Shown here piece by piece: positions 11,490 through 21,898 of a stretch of 64,000 nucleotides of DNA. This DNA is from an uncultured Pseudomonadota bacterium (GTDB lineage Bacteria > Vulcanimicrobiota > Vulcanimicrobiia > Eremiobacterales > Eremiobacteraceae): positions 1,856,001 to 1,920,000 of the forward strand of contig CAVTNB010000001.1 in the NCBI GenBank assembly GCA_963736005.1. Direction: 5' to 3'. The position numbers were made by a program, and so were the translations under genes. Below the pieces are notes generated by a model that worked only from the letters and a program-made list of their open reading frames with translations, did no database searches and was not told the origin of the DNA. Numbering within the stretch: position 1 is the stretch's first letter; each line of letters starts with the position of its first letter.

Positions 11490-12806
11490 TTATTGGCTTT
11501 TCTTTTCCCAGCCGGACGTGCCGGGGGTGTAGAAGGTACTTCCTTCCAGCTCATCTGGCAAATGTCGCTGCTGCACGTGCGCATCCGGAAAATCGTGCGC
11601 GTACTGATAGCCCTCGCCGTATCCAAGCCGGCGCATGAGGTCCGTCGCAGCGTTGCGCAAGTGCAGCGGCACCGGCAGCGCACCTCGCTCGTCCACCGCC
11701 GTCTTCGCTGCAGCGTAGGCTCGCAAACCAGAGTTGCTCTTTAGCGCGAGCGCGAGGTAAATCGTCGCTTCGGTCAGCGGGTAGAGTGCCTCTGGCATGC
11801 CGATCGTGTGCGCGGCGGTGTGCGCGGCAACCGCGAGGGGCAGCGCATGGGGATCGGCAAGTCCGACATCTTCGGATGCCAAGATCACAAGACGTCGGGC
11901 CACGAACATCGGGTCCTCGCCGGCCTCGAGCATGCGCGCCAACCAGTAGACGGCCGCATCGGGATCGCTGTCGCGAACGGATTTGATAAAAGCGGAGATG
12001 ACATCGTAGTGCTCGTCGCCTGCCCGATCGTAGCGAAGAGCGCGGCGCTGCATGGCCTCTTCCACATCGTGAGCTTCGATCAGCGTGGATCCGTTGCGCG
12101 CTGCTGCAATCTCCACCGCAAGCTCGAGCGCGTTGAGCGCGCTTCGCGCATCGCCGCCCGCCAGCGCAATGAGCTTCTCTCTCGCACCCTCACTGAAGGC
12201 GACGCGCCCTCCGAGACCAACCGCCGCGTCGGTGCGTGCACGCTCGATAATAGAGGCGAGGGCTTCGTCGGTCAACTGGTTGAGCACAAAAACGCGCGAA
12301 CGGGAAAGGAGCGCCTTGTTCACTTCAAACGATGGATTCTCAGTCGTGGCGCCGATGAGCGTGATATCACCACGCTCGACGTTGGGCAGCACAGCATCTT
12401 GCTGCGCGCGATTGAAGCGGTGAATCTCATCAATGAAAAGAATCGTGCGTTTGCCGCTCGATGCCGCGCGCTTCGCTTCAGCGATCGCGCGGCGCAGATC
12501 GGCGACACCAGCCGCAACCGCGGAGAGCGCAACGATGCGCGACGAGGTCGCCGCTGCGATCAATCGCGCAAGCGTCGTCTTGCCGCTCCCAGGTGGGCCC
12601 CACAAGATCATGGATGGAAGGGCGTGTCGCTCGATCGCGGCGCGAAGAGCTGAACCTTTGCCGACGAGATGCTCTTGACCGACAAACTCGTCGAGGGAGC
12701 GCGGTCGCATGCGCGCCGCAAGCGGCGCACCGGCAGGAAGAATATCCGCCGCCAACTCACCGTCCGTGCCTTGCGACTCTGCAAAGAGTGATGGGTCCTG
12801 AGTCAT
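11490..12806 (-). CDS. rarA: Replication-associated recombination protein A (RarA/MgsA)
   Basis: PLAARMRP, GPPGSGKTT, FIDEIHRF, GATTENPSF, SAFIKSVRDSD, PVPLHLRNA. Confidence 0.97.
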   Translation of the reverse strand: MTQDPSLFAESQGTDGELAADILPAGAPLAARMRPRSLDEFVGQEHLVGKGSALRAAIERHALPSMILWGPPGSGKTTLARLIAAATSSRIVALSAVAAGVADLRRAIAEAKRAASSGKRTILFIDEIHRFNRAQQDAVLPNVERGDITLIGATTENPSFEVNKALLSRSRVFVLNQLTDEALASIIERARTDAAVGLGGRVAFSEGAREKLIALAGGDARSALNALELAVEIAAARNGSTLIEAHDVEEAMQRRALRYDRAGDEHYDVISAFIKSVRDSDPDAAVYWLARMLEAGEDPMFVARRLVILASEDVGLADPHALPLAVAAHTAAHTIGMPEALYPLTEATIYLALALKSNSGLRAYAAAKTAVDERGALPVPLHLRNAATDLMRRLGYGEGYQYAHDFPDAHVQQRHLPDELEGSTFYTPGTSGWEKKSQ

Positions 12807-12860
12807 AACGTGAGACTTCTGCGGGCAGGCACGGACGACCCCGCGCAGAAGCGAGCCACG

Positions 12861-14066
12861 ATGGAGCGCCTCTACCTAGACAATGCTGCTACGACCGCGA
12901 TGCGGCCGGAAGCGCTCGACGCGATGCTTCCCTTCTTCTCAGGTGACTTCGCTAACCCGTCGAGCTTGCACCAAAGCGGCCAGCGGGTCAATCGCGCCCT
13001 CACCGCTGCGCGTCGGCGAGTCGCTGAGAGCTTGCACGCGCGGCCCGATGAAATTATCTTTACGTCGGGAGGCTCCGAGGCGGACAACCTTGCGATCTTC
13101 GGCATGATGAGCGGACGCTACGCGCAGGCGCACTTCGTTACGAGCGGCATCGAACATCACGCGATCCTGCACGCAGGGGACGCGCTGCGAGCGCGCGGGC
13201 ATAAAGTGACGGTGCTGCCAGTCGACCGCGCCGGTGTCGTTTCTGTTCGTTCATTAGAGGCTGCGCTCGATGGAGCGCCGGCCGTGGTCAGCATCATGCA
13301 CGGCAACAACGAAATTGGAACTCTGCAAGATATTGCGGCCCTGGCCGCCGTGGCCCACGAACGCGGCGCACTCTTTCACACCGATGCCGTGCAGAGCGTG
13401 GGGCATGTTCCCGTCGACGTTGCCGCGCTCGGCGTCGATGCGCTCTCACTCTCTGGTCACAAAATTGAAGGCCCGAAAGGAGTTGGCGCGCTTTTTGCCC
13501 GCAAGAGTCTCCCGCTCGCTCCGCTCATCTATGGAGGGGGTCAAGAGGGTGGCCGCCGCTCGGGCACCGAGAACGTGCCGGGCGTGATTGGTCTTTCGAT
13601 CGCCCTCGAACTCGCCGTCAAGGAAATGGATGTTGTGCGGCCGCGCATTGCGGCATTGCGAGATGCGCTGATCGATGGCATTCTCGCGCGCATCGACGGT
13701 GCAGTGTGTAACGGCTCACGTACTGCGCGCCTGCCGAACAACGTTAACGTGCGTTTCGATCGCATCGAAGCCGACACGGTTGTCGTCGGCCTCGATCTTG
13801 CAGGTATCGAAATCTCGACCGGCAGCGCCTGTAGCTCCGGTTCGCTCGAACCCTCGCATGTGCTGACCGCACTTGGGCTTTCGGGGGCCAGCGCTCGAGG
13901 CAGCATTCGCATATCGTTGGGCCGGACGACGACGGCGGACGACGTCAACCGCGTGCTCCAGGTCCTCCCGTCGCTCGTGGCGCGCCTGCGCAATCTGTCG
14001 GGTGCTCTCACGGTCGAGGGGGAGGCCCAAACCGTCACTTCCAAGAAGCCTGGCGTCCACCCATGA
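12861..14066 (+). CDS. iscS: Cysteine desulfurase (IscS/NifS family)
   Basis: YLDNAATT, FTSGGSEADN, HTDAVQ, SGHK (PLP Lys), RSGTENV, GSACSS. Confidence 0.95.
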   Translation: MERLYLDNAATTAMRPEALDAMLPFFSGDFANPSSLHQSGQRVNRALTAARRRVAESLHARPDEIIFTSGGSEADNLAIFGMMSGRYAQAHFVTSGIEHHAILHAGDALRARGHKVTVLPVDRAGVVSVRSLEAALDGAPAVVSIMHGNNEIGTLQDIAALAAVAHERGALFHTDAVQSVGHVPVDVAALGVDALSLSGHKIEGPKGVGALFARKSLPLAPLIYGGGQEGGRRSGTENVPGVIGLSIALELAVKEMDVVRPRIAALRDALIDGILARIDGAVCNGSRTARLPNNVNVRFDRIEADTVVVGLDLAGIEISTGSACSSGSLEPSHVLTALGLSGASARGSIRISLGRTTTADDVNRVLQVLPSLVARLRNLSGALTVEGEAQTVTSKKPGVHP

Positions 14067-14461
14067 GCAGCCAAGACATCATGTGGCTCGCCTTCGGTGC
14101 GGCCGCACTCATCGTCGCCATCAGCCTCGCATTCGTTTTTGCGCGCCTCGCCCGCGTGCTTGGTCGCACAGACGAAACGATGGGCAAGGTCGAACAACTG
14201 CTCGACTCCATGCAAGTTCCGGCAACGCGAACGCTCGACCACGTCAGCGGGGTGGCGGGCAACATCGACGCGATGGTTGGCCGAATCGACAAGCTGACGC
14301 AGACCCTGGAGCAAGCCGCAGCGGGCGTGGCCAAAGCCGCAGATGCTGCTCAAACTGCTGTATCGCCCACCGTGGCGAATGTGGTGGGAGTTGTCGCCGG
14401 CATCTCAAAAGGCGCACAAACATTTTTCCGGTCGCGTCAAAACGGGGCATCGCGGGAATAA
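14063..14461 (+). CDS. DUF948 / YtxG-like membrane-anchored helical protein
   Basis: N-terminal TM helix followed by amphipathic helices; ATGA overlap with iscS; precedes a YtxH-like gene. Confidence 0.7.
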   Translation: MSSQDIMWLAFGAAALIVAISLAFVFARLARVLGRTDETMGKVEQLLDSMQVPATRTLDHVSGVAGNIDAMVGRIDKLTQTLEQAAAGVAKAADAAQTAVSPTVANVVGVVAGISKGAQTFFRSRQNGASRE

Positions 14462-14467
14462 GTCTAG

Positions 14468-14486
14468 GCGGACCTTGAAGGTCCGC
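14468..14486. repeat. Family A hairpin variant
   Basis: GCGGACCTT-G-AAGGTCCGC just after the stop codon. Confidence 0.55.
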
Positions 14487-14547
14487 TCGAGTCGCAAAGT
14501 TTTTCACCGCTCGAACGATCGAGCGCACTCACCACAGGAGCATCGTC

Positions 14548-14896
14548 ATGGAACAAGATAACCGCAACGGTTCAGGGTTGGGATTCGCATCGGGGCTCAT
14601 CATCGGAGGCCTCATCGGCGCAGTCGTCGCTATCGTCCTTGCGCCGCAGAGCGGCGAAGAGACGCGCGAACTCATTCGCGGCAAGGCGCACGAGTTCAGA
14701 GGCAAAGCCATGGATTTGGCCTCGGATCTGCGCGACCGCGCGACAGATCTGGCGGACGACCTCCGCTCGCAAGCCGAAGACCTCAGCAAACGTGGCCGCG
14801 GATACGCTTCGACAACGTGCGCACACAATTCAACGACGCCGTCGAGAGCGGGAAAAAAGCCGCTCGTGCCAAGCTCAAGAACTAGAGACAGACTAG
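14548..14896 (+). CDS. YtxH-domain protein (3' end frameshifted, probable sequence error)
   Basis: GLIIGGLIGAVVAIVLAPQSGEETR motif; CAGGAG RBS; helical tail continues in other frames to about 14896. Confidence 0.8.
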
Positions 14897-14915
14897 GAGT
14901 GCGATCGTAACCAGG

Positions 14916-15264
14916 ATGGATATCAAAGTCAACGTTCGAGAGCACGACGGCAAGCGGCCATGCAGCGTCGTAGACCTCAACGGCGAGATCGACGTCTACA
15001 CGTCTCCGAAGGTGAAAGAGACGATCAGCGATCTCATCGACGAAGGCCACTACGCGCTGGTCATCAACCTGGAAAACGTACGCTACATCGATTCGACCGG
15101 ACTGGGCGTGCTCATCGGCGGGCTCAAACGCGTGCGCGAGCACAGCGGTGCGGTCAATTTCGTCTGCACGAATCCGCAGATCAAGAAGATCTTCGACATC
15201 ACCGGCCTGGTGAAGATCTTCGGCATCTACGACTCCGAAGCGAGGGCATGCGAGAGCCTTATGA
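14916..15264 (+). CDS. rsbV: Anti-sigma factor antagonist (STAS domain, RsbV-like)
   Basis: GEIDVYTSP, YIDSTGLGVL, IFDITGL; true stop probably TGA 15262-15264, displaced by an indel. Confidence 0.85.
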
Positions 15265-15700
15265 GCTCTGCGACCGCACGAGCCGGAGCCGGACGGTACG
15301 GTCGAACTCGGCATTCCAAGCCGAGCCGAGTGGGTCGGCGTGGCGCGGCTCGCCGTCGCCGGCATCGCCAGCCGGCTGCAATTCTCGATCGAAGACATCG
15401 AAGACCTCAAGCTCGCCGTCGCCGAGGCGTGCACAAACTGCATCCAGCACGCCGACGATCAGACGGCGATGCGCATCTCATGCTCCATCAAGCGCGACAA
15501 GCTCGATCGTCACCGTTGCCGATCCAGGCAAGAGCGTTTCATAGGAACCAGCGGTGCGCAGCCGAAGCCGGCTCGGCGAGCCGCAAGGTCGGCGGCTTGG
15601 GCGTGTTCCTCATCAGGACGCTGATGGACGACGTGACGTACGAGGTCGAATCCAGGACGCGGCACGCGGCTCGACGATGACCAAGCAACTCGTCTCGTAA
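15261..15700 (+). CDS. rsbW: Anti-sigma factor Ser kinase RsbW-like (multiple frameshifts)
   Basis: ARLAVAGIASRLQFSIEDIEDLKLAVAEACTN, TVADPGK and GGLGVFLIRTLMDDV spread across frames. Confidence 0.8.
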
Positions 15701-15701
15701 C

Positions 15702-16513
15702 GTGCCGATGGCCGGCTCGAAGCCTGAGCTCGCCGGACGACTGCAGAGGAGCGTTTTGACCGGGAGCGACGCGCGAACTCTTTCGCGCGTTCGCGAAGAC
15801 GTCGGGAATCGCAGTTGCGCGACGAGCTGGTCGTCGCGCACCTCAACCTCGTGCGCTATCTGGCCATCGCGCTTCGCCAACCGCGGCGAGCCGCTCGACG
15901 ACCTCATCCAGGTCGGCACGCTCGGGCTGATCAAAGCGATCGACCGCTTCGACGTCGAGCGCGGCTTGGAGTTCACGACCTACGCGACGCCGACGGTGAT
16001 CGGCGAGATCAAACGGTACTTCCGCGACAAGGGCTGGGCGATTCGCGTGCCGCGCCGGCTGCAAGAGCTCAATCTCGCCGTGAATCGCGCGCATCGAGAA
16101 CGATGTCGGTCGAGCTCGGCCGCTCGCCGCGACGGTGGCCGAACTCGCCGGAGCGGTCGGCGCGCAAGCGAAGAAGAGATCATCGAAGCGCAAGAGCTCG
16201 GGCAGGCGTACAATCTGCTCTCGCTCGACGCCGAGCTGGCCGGCCGAAGGCGAGGCAAAGGCCGCGACGCTGCGGGACTATCTCGGCGGCGTACGGACTC
16301 CGCGCTGCGATCTGCTCGAGGACAAGGCGAATCTTGCGCGGGCGTTCAGCGTGCTCGACCGCCGCGAGCGCATCATCGCTCTACCTGCGCTACTACGAAA
16401 GCGTCCTCGCAAGCCGGAGATCGCAAAGCGCCTGCAGCGTGTCGCAGATGCACGTCTCGCGCCTGCAGCAGCGCGCACTCGCCAAGATCAAGGGCGTAGC
16501 TCAAGGAAGAGTA
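15702..16513 (+). CDS. sigB: SigB/SigF/SigG-family RNA polymerase sigma factor (multiple frameshifts)
   Basis: RDELVVAHLNLV, DDLIQVGTLGLIKAIDRFD, TYATPTVIGEIKRYFRDKGW and SQMHVSRLQQRAL across frames; ends approximate. Confidence 0.85.
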
Positions 16514-16543
16514 GGGCCGCGAGCAGCAACTAGTCCGCTCGGA

Positions 16544-19176
16544 ATGAAATCCCAAGCAATCCGTCAATCGTTTGTCGACTTTTTCGTCGCCGTGGCCATC
16601 GTCATACTGCCGGGCGCGAGCCTCGTGCCCGACGCGCTGTCGACCACGCTGTTCACCATCGCCGGCATGGAGCCGTTCGTGCCCGTGTTCTTCGGCGAAG
16701 CCCGCGCCGGCGCCTCGCGTCGTCACCGTGCAGCGCTGCCTGCGCGTGGCCGGCGGCAAGAACGACATCGAGAACGTCGGCCGCAGCGGCCGGCACGGCA
16801 CGTTCCTGGAGATGCTCGGCAACTTCTCGTTCGGCGACTATTACAAGCGCGAAGCGATCGCGTGGGCGTGGGAATATCTGACGATGACGTTGGCCTTGCC
16901 CGCCGAGCGCCTCCACGCGACCGTCTACGTCGATGACGACGAAGCCGCAGGAGATCTGGCGCCACGACATCGGCTGCCGGCCGAGCGCGATCACCCGCAT
17001 GCGCGAAGACAACTTCTGGGATATGGGTCCGACCGGGTCCATGCGGGCCGTGCTCCGAGATCTTCTACGACCTCGGCCCCGAGGCCGGATGCGGCAAGCG
17101 GACTGCGGCGTCGGCTGCCCGCACTGCGATCGCTACATCGAGTTCTGGAATCTCGTGTTCCAGCAATACGATCGCGACGCGGACGGCGCGTTGCATCCGC
17201 TGCCGCAAGCAAATGCATCGACACCGGCATGGGATTCGAACGTCTGTGCATGATCCTCGCCGGCAAGACGTCGATCTTCGACACCGATCTGTATCACGAC
17301 TGATGGCGGCGCTGCCGCCGGACGGGAAATCGCGTTCGAGCGAGGCGATCGCGGGGTGCAGCAGCGCATCATCGCCGACCATGCGCGCGCTGCGTCTTCT
17401 TGGTCGCCGACGGCGTCATGCCGAGCAACACCGATCGCGGTTACGTGTTGCGTTTCCTCATGCGCCGCGCGATCCGCAGCGGCAGGCTGCTCGGGTTGCC
17501 CGACGGCTTCTTCCGCGAGCTGACCCCTGTCGTATCGCACCATGGTCGGCGGCTATCCCGAGCTGCGGGCGCAGGACGAGCGCGATCGGCGTGCTCGAGA
17601 CTGAAGAGAGCAATTCGGCACACGCTTGCGCGCGGCTCGGCGCGGCTCGCGGTGCTGATCGACGGGCTCGCGCACGAGGAGCAAGCGATTGTCCGGCGCG
17701 GACGTCTTCGAGCTCCACGACACCTATGGATTTCCAGCCGAACTGACGCGCGAGATCGCCCGCGAATCCGGCGTCGACGTCGACATGGCGGGATATCGCG
17801 CGGCGATGCGCGAGCAGCGCGAGCGCGCGCGAGCCGACGCGCGGGCAAACGCGCGGAGTGCGCGTCGATACGAGCGCCGCCGGGACGGATGCGAGCGCCA
17901 CCGATTTCGTCGGCTACGACAGCCTTGAGCGCGCGCCACGCATCGTCGCGCTGACGGACGCCGCCGGCCGCTCCGTGCAACGGTTCGAAGGCGGCCACGA
18001 AGGCGGGATCGTGCTCGACCAGACGCCGTTCTACGCGGAGCGCGGCGGCCAAGCCGGCGATCGCGGAGTGATCGCGGCCGGATCCGATGCTTTCTTCGGT
18101 GGCGAATTCGCAGTCTACAAGACAAAGGCCACCGGCGGATCTTGCACATCGGGGTCGTGCGCGCCGGCGGATTCGGCCTGGGCGATGCGGTCGAGGCGAT
18201 GGTCGATCCGTGGTGGCGGCGCGAGATCCGGCGCCACACACGGTCACCCATCTGCTGCAGCGCGCGCTCAAGGACGGCCCGGTGAAAGCGTCGCGCAGCG
18301 CGGCAGCGCGGTGTTCGCCGACCGCACGCGCTTCGATTTCGATTCGCCGGTCGGCGCGCTGACGCGCGAGCAGCGCGCCAGGTCACCGCGCGCGTCAACG
18401 AACTGATCCGCGCCGATTACCACGTCGGCATCGAAGAGATGCCGTTCGCCGCAGGCGATCGCGCGCGGTGTGATCTACATGAAAGGCGAGCAGTACGGCG
18501 ACGTCGTCCGCGTCGTGTCGTTCGGGCCGAGCGTCGAGCTGTGCGGAGGCACGCACGTCGAAAGTCGACAGGCGAGATCGGCCATTTCGTGCTCATGCCC
18601 GAATCCGCGATCGGGGCGGGCATCCGGCGCGTTGAAGGTGTCGTATCCGAGTCGGCGGATGCATGGGTGGCGCGGCTCCGCGACGCAGCCGAGCAGGCGG
18701 GAGCGACGCTCACCGTGCCGCTCGAAAAGGTGGGCGAATCAGTAACCAAGCTGGCCCAGGAACGTCATGATTTGGAGAAACAGATTGAGGGGCTGCAGGC
18801 GGAGCTTGCGGCCGCGAATGCCGCGCAGTACCTTGCGGCGATCAAGGATGCGGCGGGCATTTCCTATCTCGCCGTTCGCGCGCAAAGCGCGAATGGGGTG
18901 CGCGCGCTCTCCGATGCGATCCGCTCGCGCTTTCGCAGCGGCGTGCTGGCGGTTGCCGGCGTGGATGACGCCAAGGTTTCTGTGCTCGTCACTGTGAGCG
19001 AGGACCTCGAGGCCAAAATTCCAGCGCGGCAAATCTTGAACGCGATGATGCCGTTTGTCGGGGGGAAGGGTGGCGGTTCTGCCTCTATCGCACAAGGTGG
19101 CGGCAAGAACGTAGCCGGCATCGATGCGGCCCTGAGCGCAGTGCCTGATGCGATTCGAGCGGCGTTGCATGCGTAG
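16544..19176 (+). CDS. alaS: Alanine--tRNA ligase (5' two-thirds broken by many indels, probable assembly error)
   Basis: [85 protein letters not shown]...AQGG. Confidence 0.93.
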
Positions 19177-19882
19177 ACCCCTCACCGTGCTCGCGGCTGC
19201 TGTGGTGCTTGTCTTGCTGGCCGCAACACCCAAGTCGATCCTGGATTCCTATCGATTGGCCATTGCTTCGCGAAAGATCCCAGCGAACATGGAGTTTGAC
19301 TATACCGTCACCAAAAGCGGGCCCGCTCGTATCGTCACGGAGCAACACCGCGTCTATTGGACGAGCAGCGGCGAGGAGCGAAACGACACTATCTCGGTGA
19401 ACGGAACCCCTGTGATCCCCGCGCGATCGCAAATGCTGCACCGAACGGTTTGGCCGTATGACGCCGGCCAGTTCGCGGTGACCGCCGAGGACTACGATGC
19501 AACGCCAGCCGGCATGGCGATCATCGCCAGTCGCAGGACCTACGCCTTCGCGTTAGCGCGCAACACTCCAGCCGACTTCATGTTGAAGTCACTCTATGTC
19601 GACGCGAAGACAAAGTTGCCGATACGAGAGACGTTTGCGGTCGCAGGTCAGGATTGCGAAGGCAGCGGGTCAATCGACTTTACGGCATTTGGAGCTTACT
19701 GGCTGCCCAGCTTCGTTTCTGTCGCCTGCACCCAAACTGGCTCGGGCGCATCGCCGCCACCCGTGTTCAAAGAATCGATCCGTTTCAGCGGCTTCCAATT
19801 CCCAAGCGCCATCCCATCGGACGTTTTTTCTGCCGGTGCTTCGACCACTAGCTCAGGCGATTCCGTCACGGGCGGACCATGA
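19169..19882 (+). CDS. Secreted/periplasmic hypothetical protein, possibly LolA-like fold
   Basis: Signal peptide; beta-rich; LYVDAKTKLPIR resembles LolA-like strands; overlaps the alaS stop. Confidence 0.6.
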   Translation: MRRPLTVLAAAVVLVLLAATPKSILDSYRLAIASRKIPANMEFDYTVTKSGPARIVTEQHRVYWTSSGEERNDTISVNGTPVIPARSQMLHRTVWPYDAGQFAVTAEDYDATPAGMAIIASRRTYAFALARNTPADFMLKSLYVDAKTKLPIRETFAVAGQDCEGSGSIDFTAFGAYWLPSFVSVACTQTGSGASPPPVFKESIRFSGFQFPSAIPSDVFSAGASTTSSGDSVTGGP

Positions 19883-21060
19883 GCGAAGCGCCCGAAGTCC
19901 CGCAACGTCCGCTTCGCACGTTCTACGTTTTCGCCTTCGCTCTCATTGTCTATCTTGTGTCCACCGGATTCAAGAACACGGTGTACAACAATCACGTGCT
20001 GCTCGCCGACGCGTTTCTCCATGGGCGAGTGTGGATCGACAGCCAACCGGCCGGAATCGATGCGATCTTCTACAATCAGCACTGGTACATCATCGAAGGA
20101 CCGTTGCCCGCCATCCTCTTGCTGCCGTTGGTCGCCATCTTCGGTTTGCAGACCAACCAGGTCGTGGTGGCGGCCATCTGCGCCGCGATTGCCGTTGCAA
20201 CCGCGGACGTGTTGTTCGGCCGGATGGATATTCGCGATCCGCTGCGCACGTGGCTCACCGCCTTTTGCGGATTCGGCACGGTGCTCTGGTGGTCAACGGC
20301 GTTCGCGGCGGTGTGGATGTTTGCGCACGTGGTCGCCGTGATGTTTGCGCTGCTCGCAATCGCTGAGTGTTACGGTCGGGGACGGCCGGCGCTGGTTGGC
20401 TTGCTGATCGCGTGCGCGGCGCTGACCCGCTTCCCGATGATCCTGTCGGCGATTCCCATCAGCTATTGGTTGTTTGCAAAGCACGACTACGACGTCAGGG
20501 TGATTCGCACGTTTTTACTCGGCTTGCTGCCGCTCTTCGTCCTCTACGTGGGGTACAATTATCTCCGTTGGGGGACGCCCGGAGACATCGGGTATACGAT
20601 CTGGTATCACCAAGACCAGGTGGGAGAGCCAACCGGACCACCCTTCAAACTTGAGTACCTGCCGTTTAATCTCTACAGCTTTTTCCTCATGCCGTTTCAG
20701 TTCGAAACCGGCTTTCCGTGGCTCAAACCAACCTCGATGGGCGTTGCGCTCACCTTCACGAGCCCAGCGCTCGCGCTGGCTTTTCTCGCAAACGCGAAGA
20801 CAAGAGAATCCATCGTGTGGTGGGTGGCAACCATCCTGACCGCACTTCCATCATTGCTCTACTATGTCAATGGCTTCGAGCAGTTTGGCATGCGGCACAG
20901 TCTGGATTTCATGCCCTTTGCGCTGCCGCTGGTGGCTCGAGGATTGCAGCGCTATCCAACGACGTTCTCGTTCGCTCTCATTGCGATTTCCATCGCAGTC
21001 AACGCATATGGCGTATGGTACTCGTGGGCGCTCCACGGCTTTACCGTTGTGCCTCGTTAG
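19879..21060 (+). CDS. Polytopic membrane protein, possible GT-C-fold glycosyltransferase
   Basis: About 9-10 TM segments, GPLPAILLLP, YNYLRWG, QFGMRHSLDF; ATGA overlap with the upstream gene. Confidence 0.6.
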   Translation: MSEAPEVPQRPLRTFYVFAFALIVYLVSTGFKNTVYNNHVLLADAFLHGRVWIDSQPAGIDAIFYNQHWYIIEGPLPAILLLPLVAIFGLQTNQVVVAAICAAIAVATADVLFGRMDIRDPLRTWLTAFCGFGTVLWWSTAFAAVWMFAHVVAVMFALLAIAECYGRGRPALVGLLIACAALTRFPMILSAIPISYWLFAKHDYDVRVIRTFLLGLLPLFVLYVGYNYLRWGTPGDIGYTIWYHQDQVGEPTGPPFKLEYLPFNLYSFFLMPFQFETGFPWLKPTSMGVALTFTSPALALAFLANAKTRESIVWWVATILTALPSLLYYVNGFEQFGMRHSLDFMPFALPLVARGLQRYPTTFSFALIAISIAVNAYGVWYSWALHGFTVVPR

Positions 21061-21074
21061 TGTGATGGAAGTGC

Positions 21075-21102
21075 GGAGCGGACTCGGGAGGTCCGCTGCT
21101 CC
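21075..21102 (-). repeat. Family A hairpin variant
   Basis: Reverse complement GGAGCAGCGGACCTCCCGAGTCCGCTCC resembles GTAGCAGCGGACCT... Confidence 0.5.
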
Positions 21103-21176
21103 AATCACGTTAAGACTGCTTAATGTAAGGAGCGTCGGAAAGGTGTGAGAGCAGCGCCCCGAAGAACGCGCGAAGC

Positions 21177-21884
21177 ATGACCGAACTGCGGCCCGCTCGG
21201 CTGCCGAAGATTCTGGTTGTCGACGATGAGGCCACGATTCTGCAAACCTTACGCTTCAATTTGGAGCGCAACGGCTACGCCGTGTGCACGGCGGGTGACG
21301 GCCGTCAAGCGCTCAGCGTTGTCGAAACCGAAAAGCCCGATCTCGTCCTGCTCGATATCATGTTGCCCGTGCTTGATGGGATAGAGGTCTGCCGCGAGAT
21401 CCGCCGCCGCTCGAGCGTGCCCGTGCTCATGCTGACGGCAAAAGATCAAGAGATCGACAAGGTGCTCGGATTGGAAATTGGAGCGGACGATTACATCACC
21501 AAACCGTTTTCCATTTACGAGCTGCTGGCGCGAGTCAAAGCGCACTTACGGCGTCTCGCGCAGCCGAACACGCAGGCCCCCAGTGCCGTGCTGCGCGGCG
21601 GCCCGCTCGAGCTTGAATTCGATCGCCAGCGCGTGACCAAAGCCGGCAAGACCATCGATCTCGCCCCAAAAGAATTTGGTTTGTTGCACGTCTTGCTGCA
21701 AAATAAAGGACGAGTGGTCACTCGACAGGTGCTGCTAGATCGCGTCTGGGGCTTTGACTTTTACGGCGATCAGCAAACCGTCAACGTTCATATCCGCTGG
21801 CTGCGCGAAAAAATCGAAGATGATCCAAACGACCCCAAGCACATCATCACCGTGCGCAGCCGGGGCTATCTGTTTCGCGACTAG
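21177..21884 (+). CDS. phoB: OmpR-family response regulator, PhoB/PhoP type
   Basis: LVVDDE, LLDIMLP, GADDYITKPFS, TVNVHIRWLREKIE; upstream of phoR-phoU-pst. Confidence 0.9.
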   Translation: MTELRPARLPKILVVDDEATILQTLRFNLERNGYAVCTAGDGRQALSVVETEKPDLVLLDIMLPVLDGIEVCREIRRRSSVPVLMLTAKDQEIDKVLGLEIGADDYITKPFSIYELLARVKAHLRRLAQPNTQAPSAVLRGGPLELEFDRQRVTKAGKTIDLAPKEFGLLHVLLQNKGRVVTRQVLLDRVWGFDFYGDQQTVNVHIRWLREKIEDDPNDPKHIITVRSRGYLFRD

Positions 21885-21898
21885 GCCACGAGCGGTTT

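Noticed and set aside
14462..14547. SigB-dependent promoter before ytxH
   Set aside because: No GTTT-N12-14-GGG(T/A)A match
14800..18600. Pseudogenes or programmed frameshifting in sigB and alaS
   Set aside because: Indels are too dense and cross gene boundaries, and alaS is essential; assembly error is more likely
21109..21124. Autoregulatory Pho box before phoB (TTAAG, TTAAT)
   Set aside because: Only two units and no TAnnnT at the 15-nt offset; too weak to call
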